DNA of 64,000 bases from positions 29,226 through 93,225 of the forward strand of contig JBALDB010000033.1 of assembly GCA_036918135.1 (NCBI GenBank), read 5' to 3'. How positions within the stretch are numbered: position 1 is the first letter of the stretch; each line of letters begins with the position of its first letter. The translations under genes and the position numbers were made by a program. The stretch is from Nostoc sp. (GTDB lineage: Bacteria > Cyanobacteriota > Cyanobacteriia > Cyanobacteriales > Nostocaceae). The notes beneath the pieces were generated by a model that did no database searches, had not been told where the DNA came from, and saw only the letters and a program-made list of their open reading frames with translations. Below are positions 29,708-41,172 of the stretch, in pieces.

Positions 29708-30207
29708 ACTGGGAATCCATTTCCATATTGGGGTATATATTCATCTTAAGTCATGCAGTATAATCTCTCTTGTTAGTCAATCTCACTGAGATACCATCCA
29801 AATCGCCAATTTCCTTACTTCATCAGGTATTTAACAATTTAAAGAACTTAAAAAAGTTTTGTTTTAATGAAGCTTTTTGATGAATTAATTGATGTTAATC
29901 CGAAATATTTATGTATACATTCTCGATTTAGTAGTCCGGCAGCATTTGCCTCAGTTTGGCAAAAATATCTCTGCAAAAATCCGAAAAGCAGTAATTTCAG
30001 TTTGTAGCTCAGTATATACCTACTAATTTATGATTTACTCTCGAAGTCTAAACTAAGGTAAGAATTTAAAACTCAGAATAGTTAAAGAATCAAGACGCTA
30101 AATTTAAATTTAGTATCAAAATATCAAATTAATTTACCGATAAAAGACAAAAAACATGAACTTAAACCCCATAAATCCCAAATTTTCCCAATATTAGGAG
30201 CGTAATT

Positions 30208-31425
30208 ATGTTAATAGAAAACAACTATCGTCGTAAATTAAGTTACATTTTAATTTGTTGCTTGAGCAGTAGTTTGTCGATCGCAACTAATGTGCTGCCT
30301 ATCAGTGCTTTAGTAAAATCTCAAAATTATCAAGACTTTTTAATCGCTAAATCACCAGATGAGAGACAGCCAGAAGCAGTAGAAAAAGGAATTGAGCAAA
30401 TTCCTGCTTCTCAAGCCTCAATATCTCCGAGACGGAAGCAATCTATTGAGTCACCCATACAGAATCGTAGTATATCGTCTAACACAGAAAATTCCCGGCG
30501 TTCTTCTAGTACTTCAAATAATGGCTCTGGTTCTAGCTCGTCTGGACGTAGAGCTTCTTACTCAAATGCTAATCGTGCTAGTAATAGCTCTGGTTCTAGA
30601 GCGTCTAGACGTAGGGCTTCTAACTCAACTGCCAATCGTTCTAATGGTGGCTCAAGGATAGTTCGCAAGCCAACTCATAACGTAACTACAGTTAACAACC
30701 GAAGTATTGAGGATTCACCAGCACCTACTTACAAAGAGATTAACTTTGTAGATGTCGCATTGGGTATTCTAGATAAAAATGACTTTCAATCTCAAGGTAG
30801 ATATTTTAATTTCTACGAGTTTGAGGGTAGAGAAAATCAACTAGTCCAAATTAGACTTGTTGGTAGTAATGATACGCGCAGAACAAATAACTTAAGTTTA
30901 AAACCCTTATTATTTCTGCACGACCCTGATAATAATATCATTGTTAAAAAAGGTACTTGGGATAAAAACAGTGATGGCGATGATGCATTCATTTTTGCAC
31001 GATTGCCTGTGAATGGTACTTACAAAATTGCAGTTACTAGCCAAGATCCTGGAGAAATAGGTCGCTATAGTTTGGCTCTAAGGAATGATAGAGCTAGCTA
31101 TACTTTAGATGAATCAGGTCAACTAACTGCCAAAAGTTCAACCTTGAAACAAAATGGAGGAGCTTACAATGTTTCTAATTTTCAAGGTAGAAAAAATCAG
31201 CTTGTAAGTATTCGTGTAGATAGTGTTGATGAAGAGTTTTCTCCTTACGTAACCTTACTTAATTCTAAAGGACAGACGATCGCTGTAGATAAAGACAAAG
31301 ACAAAGGTGGCGTGTATACTGCTTTAATTGACCGAGCTAAGTTACCTGAGGATGATACTTACTATATAGTTGTTACTTCCAAGAATCCACAGGAACACGG
31401 TAAGTATAGATTGACTATTTTCTGA
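30208..31425 (+). CDS. secreted protein with two PPC-like (pre-peptidase C-terminal) beta domains and a Ser/Arg-rich linker
   Basis: Two repeats of FxGRxNQLVxIR...P...L...ARLPxxxTYxIxVTS...GxY.L; hydrophobic N-terminus. Confidence 0.7.
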   Translation: MLIENNYRRKLSYILICCLSSSLSIATNVLPISALVKSQNYQDFLIAKSPDERQPEAVEKGIEQIPASQASISPRRKQSIESPIQNRSISSNTENSRRSSSTSNNGSGSSSSGRRASYSNANRASNSSGSRASRRRASNSTANRSNGGSRIVRKPTHNVTTVNNRSIEDSPAPTYKEINFVDVALGILDKNDFQSQGRYFNFYEFEGRENQLVQIRLVGSNDTRRTNNLSLKPLLFLHDPDNNIIVKKGTWDKNSDGDDAFIFARLPVNGTYKIAVTSQDPGEIGRYSLALRNDRASYTLDESGQLTAKSSTLKQNGGAYNVSNFQGRKNQLVSIRVDSVDEEFSPYVTLLNSKGQTIAVDKDKDKGGVYTALIDRAKLPEDDTYYIVVTSKNPQEHGKYRLTIF

Positions 31426-31478
31426 GGTAATTAGGTTCATTTGTCAGTTAATACACCAATCTTATTTAATTTTTCAAA

Positions 31479-31522
31479 ATGTTCAAATCTGCCATTTCTC
31501 AAAGAAGTGGAGATTTGAACAT
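31479..31522. terminator. inverted repeat between convergent genes
   Basis: ATGTTCAAATCT ... AGATTTGAACAT, perfect 12-bp arms. Confidence 0.5.
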
Positions 31523-31611
31523 ATCACTAAGTTAGTTGAGTGCTGCTAATAAAATAGCTACTCTACTAACTTTGTATTCAATTTAGATAAAATCAGTTGT
31601 GATTTCAAATT

Positions 31612-32052
31612 TCACAAAATATCTGCCAACTTTACCAACAGACTATTTGCTAAATCAACTAACTTGATGTCATCCGCTTCATGAAGATTTTTACCATAAG
31701 TTAATAGATTTGTCACAGCAGATAACCTGTCATCTACTTCAGAATTGCTCCAATATTCTTCCAAGTTTACTGCAAAATCAAATAGCGATCGCTCTCCCAA
31801 ATACTGCCTGACTTTTACAGCTACATTATCATCACTTACCAAAAATTCTTTAATAGCATCTAATCGAGAATTACCTAATATTTCATCATTTCCCCAGGTT
31901 TCTAACCAGTCTCCTTCTACATCTTCAACATAAAAGTTGACAAAATCAACGCCGTAAGTTAACCAGTTCTGCTGCATTTGTCTAGCTGTTGCTAAAGCTT
32001 CGACAAAATTATTTATATCGTTGTAGGTGTGAGTTTCTCTTTTATTAGCCAT
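31612..32052 (-). CDS. hypothetical acidic protein
   Basis: Open frame from ATG 32052 (MANKRETH); no family recognised. Confidence 0.6.
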   Translation of the reverse strand: MANKRETHTYNDINNFVEALATARQMQQNWLTYGVDFVNFYVEDVEGDWLETWGNDEILGNSRLDAIKEFLVSDDNVAVKVRQYLGERSLFDFAVNLEEYWSNSEVDDRLSAVTNLLTYGKNLHEADDIKLVDLANSLLVKLADIL

Positions 32053-32121
32053 AAAAGCTGTAATGAGCAGGTAAGTATGTAGGCTAGAATACAAATCTTT
32101 TAAATCAAAATCCGGAGAGGC

Positions 32122-32832
32122 TCAGAAAAATTTTAAATATTTGCCACCAGAAAGATAATCACTGTTATACAAGGCTATGTTGACTAATTGGTTAACAAAA
32201 TTAGTATCCTTGGGATTGTAACTTAGGAACAATCCTCTCTCTATTTCCCACGATCGCAGTGTATTTTGCCAAGCTTGGTACTTTTGTTGATTAAGTTCTT
32301 CACTGACGCTAGTAACTTGAATACAAAGTGGTTGATTGTTACGATTACTAACAATTAGATCTGTCGCCATAGAGAGGTCGGCAATATAACGCTGCCAAAA
32401 ACTACCTTCTCGCTGAACAATATCTTGGGCTATATTTCTAATAATATCATCATCACCTTGATTAAATTCACCTGCCATCAATTTTTGTTTCCAAATATAA
32501 AACTTGGAATCATTTGCATTAATCCATTTCGGGAAAAGGTAACCATACCAATATCTTTCAATGGGCGTCATTTGCTCAAATTTTGCTTTTTGTTCTTCTG
32601 GTGAAGGTGAGGATTTTACGATCAGCCAAATTGTAGAGTCCGTAATTACTTCTAAGAGAAAAGCAAGGACAAAAGGTTTAGCCGTCAGGGAACCCGGTTT
32701 GATATTCTTGACCCAACGATTGATTTCATCTAATCTTCTCGCTAAATTAGGATCTATCGAGTCAGCTTGCTCGATGAGGGACTTGAGTTTATCCTTAATC
32801 TCTTTTGCTTGCAAACGATGCCCTACTTTCAA
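32122..32832 (-). CDS. hypothetical protein, possible C-terminal PD-(D/E)XK-like fold
   Basis: 236-aa ORF with ADLSMATDLIV...PLCIQVT segment. Confidence 0.55.
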   Translation of the reverse strand: MKVGHRLQAKEIKDKLKSLIEQADSIDPNLARRLDEINRWVKNIKPGSLTAKPFVLAFLLEVITDSTIWLIVKSSPSPEEQKAKFEQMTPIERYWYGYLFPKWINANDSKFYIWKQKLMAGEFNQGDDDIIRNIAQDIVQREGSFWQRYIADLSMATDLIVSNRNNQPLCIQVTSVSEELNQQKYQAWQNTLRSWEIERGLFLSYNPKDTNFVNQLVNIALYNSDYLSGGKYLKFF

Positions 32833-33268
32833 AAATTAATACTTTTTTAACAATTACTCAGTAGCTATCGTCAGTTTTGTGTTTAGCTCTAAATCTCCAT
32901 CATACGCCTTAGCTGACTATTTACTATAAATTTTAGATTTCAAATTTAAAATTTTGGATTTGGGTTTTTCGCTACTCCTACAAAGAAGCTATATGTTTAG
33001 TGTATTGTAAACAGAATAAATTTTAAAGATACCCTTGGACTGGCGATCGCAAATTTTAAACCTCCAGTCCCGTAGGAGGCTTGGCTTTTTGGGGAGCCAC
33101 TCTCAGGGTTTCTAAGATTTGTAATAACTGGCGTCAGACTCCAAGACCCTTTGAGTTCGCCAGTTATTTGCAAAAAGATTTCCCTCCCACACTGCTTCCC
33201 CTTTTACTGTTTGAGCAAATTTATATTTAATTTTAACGTAAAGCGTCTATGTTAATTTACCTATTCAA

Positions 33269-34021
33269 TCAAATATTCTCAGGGTTAATACCTTGTAAAC
33301 GCAAAAGTTCACGCAGTCTAGCAATTTCTTGTTCTGCTTGTTGGGCGCGTTCTTCTGCTTGTTCGGCACGTAAACTTTCTTGTTGAGCTAGTTCTTCAGA
33401 TGATAGTATCAATTGATTTTCAGTAGTAAATAACCTTAATTTACCTTCATAAACTCCCAAATAAAGTTCTAACTGCTGACTCCATAAACGGCCATCAGTG
33501 GTGGGTTGAATTTCTTGATACTTTCCATCTACTAAATGAAATCCCTGAAATTCCATTGTTACCGGATTAAACCAGAAATAATCCGGTGTGCGGAAAGTAT
33601 CTTGGTAAACTTGTTTTTTGAAGCCTTTATCAACTGCTGCTGTTGAATTCGACAAAATCTCTACAATTACATTTGGATATTTCCCGTCTTCTTGCCAAAC
33701 TACCCAACTTTTACGGTCTTTTTTCTCGGTTCCTAAAACTACAAAAAAGTCTGGCCCACGGAAGTATTCTGATTTTTTCTGGTTAGGACTGTAATAAATT
33801 GTCAAATTCCCAGAAGCATAAAAATCTTGCCTTTCTCGCCACCACAATTTGAGTAGGCGAATCAGCAAATCGATTTGGTCTCGGTGTAGATCACTTTCCA
33901 AGGGTGGTTCGTCACTCAGTATATCGCCAGGAGGAAATATAACTTCATCTTCTGAAGTATTAGAGGTGAATTCTAAAATAGCAGGTTCAGACATAAGCGA
34001 TCGCCCCGCAATTAACATCAA
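33269..34021 (-). CDS. Uma2 family endonuclease
   Basis: SDEPPLESDLH, GPDFFVV, IVEILSNST, C-terminal RAEQAE coil; true start may be 33994. Confidence 0.92.
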   Translation of the reverse strand: MMLIAGRSLMSEPAILEFTSNTSEDEVIFPPGDILSDEPPLESDLHRDQIDLLIRLLKLWWRERQDFYASGNLTIYYSPNQKKSEYFRGPDFFVVLGTEKKDRKSWVVWQEDGKYPNVIVEILSNSTAAVDKGFKKQVYQDTFRTPDYFWFNPVTMEFQGFHLVDGKYQEIQPTTDGRLWSQQLELYLGVYEGKLRLFTTENQLILSSEELAQQESLRAEQAEERAQQAEQEIARLRELLRLQGINPENI

Positions 34022-34024
34022 TTA

Positions 34025-34669
34025 TTACTGAAAAGTTATTAAATTGCAGATGCTTTTAAGAACTTGTAATAACTCAATTGTATCGGGAGATTCATTGAGA
34101 TTTAATAATGGCATTAATTGATAATTCGGCTGTTGCTCGCGTCTCAAATATACAAATTGATAACGCAGTCCGTTAGTTACTAAACCCCAAACAGATGGTT
34201 GTTGTTCTAAGCTTTTAAAAGCATAAGTTAGTAATTGAGGTAAACCCTCAGCTACATCGATCGCACTATTTTTTGTTTCAATTACTAAAATCCAAAAAGT
34301 TGATGCAGTAGTACTTTGATGATTACTAATTGCTAAAATATCCATCCGTCCGGTGATTTTTTTATCCTCATCTTCGAGTGCGATCGCAATGCTATCTTCC
34401 ATTGTCAACCGAATCGGCACATCATAAAATCCTGCTGACCGCATTAGTGGCGCAATCGTTAAAAATTTCACCAAGCCTTCAGAAATTTTGCCCAGTTTGA
34501 GATAACGACTAAAGTCGTTTCTAATTCGTAATAAATCCTGTTGTTCAAACTCTGTCAACGTTTCTAAATTTAAGAAGTTTGTGAATGAACCAGTTGAAAG
34601 TTCTTCTAGTTTTAGAAAGCGATGAACATCGTTGAGAGATAAGCTACTGGCTTCGAGAATAAGTGGCAT
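34025..34669 (-). CDS. standalone HsdR N-terminal-like (PD-(D/E)XK) restriction endonuclease-type protein
   Basis: ITGRMDILA...LVIETKN...GLPQLLTYA...WGLVTNG. Confidence 0.75.
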   Translation of the reverse strand: MPLILEASSLSLNDVHRFLKLEELSTGSFTNFLNLETLTEFEQQDLLRIRNDFSRYLKLGKISEGLVKFLTIAPLMRSAGFYDVPIRLTMEDSIAIALEDEDKKITGRMDILAISNHQSTTASTFWILVIETKNSAIDVAEGLPQLLTYAFKSLEQQPSVWGLVTNGLRYQFVYLRREQQPNYQLMPLLNLNESPDTIELLQVLKSICNLITFQ

Positions 34670-34824
34670 AGTTTTAGGGAAAGGGAGTGGGGAGAGACGC
34701 AAGGACGCGGAGAATGACCAATGACTCAGCAATTTCCACCCAGCTTAATGAAAATCTAAACACAGTACAGCATAACTGGGCTAAGAATAGTTTTTAGTAA
34801 CAATAGCGATCGCCCTGATAAACT

Positions 34825-36798
34825 ATGTCTCAACCAACCATAGAATCAATCCTACAAGAGAATCGCCTTTTCCATCCTAGTTCGGAATTCTCACAAAACG
34901 CCCACATCAAGAGTCTGGAAGACTATCAGCAGCTTTACGACCAAGCCAAAGCCGATCCGCAGCAATTTTGGGCAGATTTGGCGACAAAAGAATTAGCATG
35001 GTTCCAAAAATGGGATACAGTACTGGATTGGCAACCGCCTTTTGCCAAGTGGTTCGTTGGCGGTAAAATTAATATTTCTTACAACTGTCTTGACAGACAC
35101 CTGACTACTTGGCGCAAAAATAAAGCAGCACTGATTTGGGAAGGCGAACCAGGTGACTCGCGTACCCTCACTTATGCCCAACTGCATCGGGAAGTTTGCC
35201 AGTTTGCCAATGTGTTGAAGCAACTAGGCGTACAAAAAGGCGATCGCGTTGGTATTTATATGCCAATGATTCCGGAAGCTGCGATCGCGATGTTAGCCTG
35301 TGCGAGAATTGGCGCACCCCACAGCGTGGTATTTGGTGGTTTTAGTGCCGAAGCTTTGCGCGATCGCTTAATTGATGCTAAAGCTAAGTTAGTAATCACA
35401 GCTGATGGTGGCTGGCGCAAAGATGCGATCGTTCCTCTGAAGGAACAGGTAGATAAAGCCTTAGCTGATGGTGCTGTTCCCAATGTAGAAAATGTCTTGG
35501 TTGTCAAGCGCACCGGACAAGAAACTTATATGCAATTGGGGGGACGCGACCATTGGTGGCATGAGTTACAAAAAGATGCATCCGCTGATTGTCCTGCCGA
35601 ACCGATGGACAGTGAAGATATGCTGTTTGTCCTCTACACTTCTGGCAGTACAGGCAAACCGAAGGGTGTGGTGCATACAACTGCTGGCTATAATTTGTAT
35701 ACCCACATGACCACCAAGTGGATCTTCGACCTGCAAGACACAGATGTATATTGGTGTACCGCAGATGTGGGCTGGATTACGGGACACAGCTACATTGTTT
35801 ATGGCCCCCTTTCCAACGGTGCAACAACTATTATGTATGAAGGTGCGCCGCGTGCTTCTAATCCTGGCTGTTTTTGGGATCTAATTGAAAAATACGGTGT
35901 CAATATTTTTTATACTGCACCTACGGCAATTCGGGCATTTATTAAAATGGGCGAACAACATCCCAATGCACGAAACTTATCTTCATTGCGATTGCTGGGA
36001 ACCGTCGGCGAACCGATTAACCCAGAAGCTTGGATGTGGTATCACAAAGTAATTGGGGGAGGCCACTGTCCAATTGTGGATACTTGGTGGCAAACGGAAA
36101 CTGGCGGTATTATGATTACACCGCTACCAGGAGCAATTCCTACTAAACCCGGTTCTGCAACGCTTCCCTTCCCTGGAATTCTTGCAGACATCGTAGATTT
36201 AGAAGGAAATTCCCTACCCAACAACGAAGGCGGTTATCTAGCAGTCCGCCATCCTTGGCCGGGAATGATGCGGACGGTCTACGGCGATCCAGAACGCTTC
36301 CGCCGCACCTATTGGGAACATATCCCCCCCAAAGATGGTAATTATACTTATTTTGCCGGTGATGGTGCCAGACGCGATGCAGATGGTTACTTCTGGGTAA
36401 TGGGTCGCGTCGATGACGTACTCAATGTATCCGGACATCGACTCGGTACAATGGAAGTAGAATCAGCCTTAGTTTCTCATCCAGCAGTGGCAGAAGCAGC
36501 GGTAGTGGGTAAGCCGGATGAACTCAAAGGTGAAGAAGTAGTTGCTTTTGTAACTTTAGAAGGCACTTACCAAGAAAGTGAACAATTGAGTAAAGAACTC
36601 AAGCAACACGTTGTTAAAGAAATAGGTGCGATCGCCCGTCCTGGAGAAATTCGCTTTACCGACGCTTTGCCCAAAACGCGATCGGGTAAGATTATGCGGC
36701 GCTTATTGCGGAATCTAGCTGCGGGACAAGAAGTATCTGGTGATACTTCAACTTTAGAAGATAGAAGCGTGTTGGATAAATTGCGCGAAGGCGCGTAG
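34825..36798 (+). CDS. acs: acetyl-CoA synthetase
   Basis: [35 protein letters not shown]. Confidence 0.97.
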   Translation: MSQPTIESILQENRLFHPSSEFSQNAHIKSLEDYQQLYDQAKADPQQFWADLATKELAWFQKWDTVLDWQPPFAKWFVGGKINISYNCLDRHLTTWRKNKAALIWEGEPGDSRTLTYAQLHREVCQFANVLKQLGVQKGDRVGIYMPMIPEAAIAMLACARIGAPHSVVFGGFSAEALRDRLIDAKAKLVITADGGWRKDAIVPLKEQVDKALADGAVPNVENVLVVKRTGQETYMQLGGRDHWWHELQKDASADCPAEPMDSEDMLFVLYTSGSTGKPKGVVHTTAGYNLYTHMTTKWIFDLQDTDVYWCTADVGWITGHSYIVYGPLSNGATTIMYEGAPRASNPGCFWDLIEKYGVNIFYTAPTAIRAFIKMGEQHPNARNLSSLRLLGTVGEPINPEAWMWYHKVIGGGHCPIVDTWWQTETGGIMITPLPGAIPTKPGSATLPFPGILADIVDLEGNSLPNNEGGYLAVRHPWPGMMRTVYGDPERFRRTYWEHIPPKDGNYTYFAGDGARRDADGYFWVMGRVDDVLNVSGHRLGTMEVESALVSHPAVAEAAVVGKPDELKGEEVVAFVTLEGTYQESEQLSKELKQHVVKEIGAIARPGEIRFTDALPKTRSGKIMRRLLRNLAAGQEVSGDTSTLEDRSVLDKLREGA

Positions 36799-36854
36799 GA
36801 ATTTTAAATTTTGGTGAAGCAGCACGGTCTTCCCTAAAAAGAGACGCCCTGCGT

Positions 36855-37010
36855 ATGGGTAATGGGTAATAGGTCATGGGTAATGGGTAATAGATAATAG
36901 GTTATGGGTAATGGCTAATTATTTCTTTCCAATTACCTTTTTCCCAATTCGCAATTACCTTTTTCCCAATTCGCTATTACCAATTACCTTTTTCCCAATT
37001 CCCTGTTACC
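36855..37010. repeat. STRR tract (GGGTAAT)n followed by three ATTACCTTTTTCCCAATTC units
   Basis: Seen directly; the two halves are partly complementary. Confidence 0.85.
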
Positions 37011-37136
37011 AAAAAGACTAACCATATTGTAAGTAATTAGCCGAACTTGATATGAGTTATTTTTGCCACAACAGTAATAAACTAAGGTTGAGAGCTGAAG
37101 TGACTGAAAAAATAGATTTAGGTAACTAGTAAAGTT

Positions 37137-40052
37137 ATGGCAAATATCATTGGAACTAACGGTAATGATACTCTACTGGGTAGTAACAGTGCTGATACGA
37201 TTAATGGTTTCTCTGGCAACGACACTATTACAGGTGGAGGCGGCAATGATATATTTATTTACGATTTGGGCGCCGGCATTGATACCATCACCGATTTTGG
37301 TGGCATTGGTAAAGGAATAAACCCAACACCAGCAGTCATTGCCGAAGTGGATACAATAAGATTTCGAGGCGGTAGATTCATTGCCAAAAACCTGCTGCTG
37401 ACTCAGGATGGCAACAATCTGAAAATTTTTTTTGAAGGGATAGATGGCGAAGTCATCCTGCAAAACTTTGCCCTAGAAAACCTAGATAACCTAAGTTTAT
37501 CTACACGAGCCACTGTAAACTCAGGCAATATTCTGTTTGCTGGACAAACTAGCATCACGGACAACTTTGATATCTTCAATGCCAACTCCACCCAAAGCAC
37601 TATCTTCAAGAAGAACACAGTCACTTTCCTTAACGACTTAAACAACAATGTTAATGGCTTTGACAACTCAAATGATGTAATCAATGGTCAGGGGGGTGAT
37701 GACATTATTGACGGCAAAACTGGCAACGACCTTTTGAGAGGTGGTGCGGGCAATGACAAACTCAATGGTGGTGGAGGCAATGACACCCTCAATGGTGGTG
37801 CAGGCAATGACACCCTCAATGGTGGTGCGGGCAATGATTACTTAAATAATAACTATTCAAAAGACTCACGAGGCGATGACCTGCTCTTTGGAGGTGATGG
37901 CAATGATACTCTCTGTGCCTCTGGCATTGCCGACAACCGTTATGAGATGACAATCTCTGATTATATCTCTGACAATAACACCCTTAATGGAGGCGCTGGT
38001 GACGATCGCTTGTTTGCTGAAATTTCAATAGGCGATAACTTACTCTCTGGCGATGATGGTAATGATTATCTCTCTGCTGAGATTTCAACAGGCGATAATC
38101 TGCTCTCTGGGGGCAATGGCAATGATACTCTCTCTGCCTCTAGCTACTACTACAAGTACCTCGGTACCTATTTTGACACCTCTGGTAATAATACCCTCAA
38201 CGGTGGTGCTGATGATGATTTCTTAGATGTTAGCTCTTCAACAGGTAATAACCTGCTCGATGGGGGAGATGGTAATGATTTCTTGAGTGCCCGCGATTCA
38301 ACAGGCAATAATCTGCTTTATGGTGGAGATGGCAATGATAATCTCTTCAGTGGTACTGGTAATAACACCCTCAGTGGAGGGAATGGCAATGATTATTTCA
38401 CAATCTTAGCCTCCTCTTTATCAATGACTCAAACAGTAGATGGAGGAACAGGCGACGATTTACTGGATATCTACATCAGTAATTTGATCGATGAGGAAAT
38501 CACAAAGGGAATCACAACGACATTCAATGCTACTACTAACGTTGGCTCAGTTACCGCAGGGACGAGATTGGTTAACTACAAAAATATTGAAGAATTAATT
38601 ATCGGAGGTACAGCCTACGATGATTACATTGTGGGAAGCAATGGCAATGATACACTCGACGCGGGCTATGACGGTAACGATACCATAGATGGAGGCACAG
38701 GTGACGATCTGTTATCCGTCGATTTTATCAATCCTACTGAAGGAATTACTTCAACTTTTAATACTACTACCAACGTTGGCTTAATTATCGCAGGGACGAG
38801 ATTAGTTAGCTACAAAAATATCGAACGATTGAGGATCGCGGGTACAGCCTACGATGACTACATTGTGGGAAGCAATGGTAATGATATACTCGATGCAGGC
38901 AGTGGTGGTAACGATACCATAGATGGAGGCACGGGTGACGATTTGTTATCCGTTGATTTCTCTTTTAGCAATGCTACCGGAGGAATCACTTCGACATTTG
39001 ACGCTACTACCAATGTTGGATTGATTACCGCAGGGACGAGATTAGTTAGCTACAAAAATATCGAACGATTGAGTATCACGGGTACAGCCTATGATGACTA
39101 CATTGTGGGGAACAATGGCAATGATATACTCCAGGCGGATGGTGGCAATGATACGGTTATTGGCGGTGAAGGTAATGATTATTTAAGTGCTATAAATTCA
39201 ACCACTGACAACATCTTCAATGGTAACGCTGGTGATGATATTTTGGATGCTCAGTATTCATCAGGCAATAACTTACTCTCTGGGGATGAGGGTAATGATT
39301 CTCTTAGTGCCGCTGGCTTCGACTCTGGCTACTTCGGCGGTGATGAACTCGGTCCTGGCACGCCATACTATTATGAAACCTCAGGCAATAACACCCTTGA
39401 CGGTGGCGCTGGTAACGATTCTTTGAATGTTGACTATTCAATAGGCGATAATCTACTCGATGGTGGTGATGGCAATGATACTCTGTTTGCCTCTGGCTAC
39501 AAATACGATGGAGTAGACCAAGTTTATCGCAGGGCGTCTGGCAATAACACCCTCAACGGTGGCGCTGGCGACGATGTTTTGAATGCTGACTATTCATCAG
39601 GCAAGAACCTACTCTTTGGGGGCGATGGTAATGATACTCTCTCGGCTTCTAGTGCATTAGGCAATAACACTTTTTATGGTGGTTTTGGCAATGACTACCT
39701 CACAGGTGGTTTTGGTAATGACACCCTCTATGGAGGGGATGGTGCTGATATCTTTACTTTTAATAGTTTCAATGAAGGTGTAGATAGTCTCTATGACTTC
39801 AACGCCACTAATGAACTGATTCAAGTATCGGCTGCTGGTTTTGGTGGCGGATTATCAATAGGTTCACTTCAGACAAGTCAGTTTACCATCGGAACATCTG
39901 CAAGCACTAGTGTTCAGCGATTTATCTACAACAGTGCTACAGGCGAACTGTTATTTGACGCTGATGGCAGTGCAGATGCAGTTACTCAGGTAAAATTTGC
40001 ACAACTATCAGGTGGATTGTTATTAACTGAAAACAATTTTGTGGTTGTCTAA
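37137..40052 (+). CDS. RTX/hemolysin-type calcium-binding repeat protein
   Basis: Many GGxGNDxL nonapeptides; three longer internal repeats; C-terminal FIYNSATGELLFDADG. Confidence 0.9.
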   Translation: MANIIGTNGNDTLLGSNSADTINGFSGNDTITGGGGNDIFIYDLGAGIDTITDFGGIGKGINPTPAVIAEVDTIRFRGGRFIAKNLLLTQDGNNLKIFFEGIDGEVILQNFALENLDNLSLSTRATVNSGNILFAGQTSITDNFDIFNANSTQSTIFKKNTVTFLNDLNNNVNGFDNSNDVINGQGGDDIIDGKTGNDLLRGGAGNDKLNGGGGNDTLNGGAGNDTLNGGAGNDYLNNNYSKDSRGDDLLFGGDGNDTLCASGIADNRYEMTISDYISDNNTLNGGAGDDRLFAEISIGDNLLSGDDGNDYLSAEISTGDNLLSGGNGNDTLSASSYYYKYLGTYFDTSGNNTLNGGADDDFLDVSSSTGNNLLDGGDGNDFLSARDSTGNNLLYGGDGNDNLFSGTGNNTLSGGNGNDYFTILASSLSMTQTVDGGTGDDLLDIYISNLIDEEITKGITTTFNATTNVGSVTAGTRLVNYKNIEELIIGGTAYDDYIVGSNGNDTLDAGYDGNDTIDGGTGDDLLSVDFINPTEGITSTFNTTTNVGLIIAGTRLVSYKNIERLRIAGTAYDDYIVGSNGNDILDAGSGGNDTIDGGTGDDLLSVDFSFSNATGGITSTFDATTNVGLITAGTRLVSYKNIERLSITGTAYDDYIVGNNGNDILQADGGNDTVIGGEGNDYLSAINSTTDNIFNGNAGDDILDAQYSSGNNLLSGDEGNDSLSAAGFDSGYFGGDELGPGTPYYYETSGNNTLDGGAGNDSLNVDYSIGDNLLDGGDGNDTLFASGYKYDGVDQVYRRASGNNTLNGGAGDDVLNADYSSGKNLLFGGDGNDTLSASSALGNNTFYGGFGNDYLTGGFGNDTLYGGDGADIFTFNSFNEGVDSLYDFNATNELIQVSAAGFGGGLSIGSLQTSQFTIGTSASTSVQRFIYNSATGELLFDADGSADAVTQVKFAQLSGGLLLTENNFVVV

Positions 40053-40370
40053 TCGTGATTAATGCTCTGCCATTATTCTAAGTATGGGTTGCGAAGTGGT
40101 ATTCTAAGCACCTCGCATTCGATTTATCAATCCAAGTTATTTTGGTAATCGATAGCCTATTTTATACAGATATAAGATATTGCTAAGCGATGGCAATATC
40201 TAAATCCTAAGCAAAGCGACGCCGAATAGCCTACTAATGATTTGACCTTAAGCACTCACCACCCAATTCTGACTCGCTTAGCCTGAGTTTAATTTGTCAC
40301 GCTTGTTGGTAGGTTATGCATTTAGTAACGCACCTCAATTTATCATGATAATCAGGACATTATTGAGGTA

Positions 40371-41057
40371 ATGAGGGCGATGAAACTGAACAGCAAACTG
40401 AAATCAGCATTTGTTCAACCATTTAGCTGTATGACACTGAGCATCATCACTGCAACTGGCTTATCACCATCAGTGTTAGCGCTTTCTGAAAAATCTTCAC
40501 ATTCGCCTCAACAGTATCCCCACAGACAAGCACAGAAACTAGCACAATTTTCAAACACAGGGTCATCAGACCGAGCGCAGATTCTCCAACAAGCCAATGC
40601 TTTGTATAATCAAGGAGACTTCAAAGGTGCAGAGGAAAATTTACGGAAACTAATTAAACAATCTCCACAAGATGCCTTTGCACACTTTCAACTAGGAAAC
40701 GTACTTTTTCAGCAAAAGAAATCAGAAGAAGCAATTAGCGCCTATCGAGAAGCCATTCACCTCCAGTCAAAATATGCTCTAGCTTACAATGGGATTGGTA
40801 TGGTTTATGCTAGCGAAAATCGCTGGGAAGATGCTATTACTGAATACAAAAAAGCTTTAGCAATTAATCCCAATTATGCCGAAGCTCTGACGAATTTTGC
40901 CTTGGCAATGTGGCAAACAAATAAAAAGGACGAGGCACTATCTTCTTTAGAAAAAGCTTTAAAAATTTTCCAAGCACAAAATAGAAATGAAAAAGTTAAA
41001 CAAGTTGAACGAATCTTGCAAGAAATCAAAAAATCAGACGATCCTAGTATTTCCTGA
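40371..41057 (+). CDS. tetratricopeptide repeat protein, probably exported
   Basis: AHFQLGNVL, AYNGIGMVY and ALAINPNYAEA TPR units; hydrophobic leader. Confidence 0.88.
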   Translation: MRAMKLNSKLKSAFVQPFSCMTLSIITATGLSPSVLALSEKSSHSPQQYPHRQAQKLAQFSNTGSSDRAQILQQANALYNQGDFKGAEENLRKLIKQSPQDAFAHFQLGNVLFQQKKSEEAISAYREAIHLQSKYALAYNGIGMVYASENRWEDAITEYKKALAINPNYAEALTNFALAMWQTNKKDEALSSLEKALKIFQAQNRNEKVKQVERILQEIKKSDDPSIS

Positions 41058-41146
41058 AAATTAGATTATTTAGGGAATAAAAGTTAATAACATTTTTTGA
41101 AGATTCGCTTTGATCGTGCTTTGCTAAAAATGCGATCGCTGAAGAT

Positions 41147-41172
41147 GATTATGCGGCGATTGTCGCATAATC
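41147..41172. promoter_or_regulatory. 26-bp imperfect palindrome, candidate operator of the downstream cassette
   Basis: GATTATGCGGCGA-TTGTCGCATAATC; 11 of 13 positions symmetric. Confidence 0.45.
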
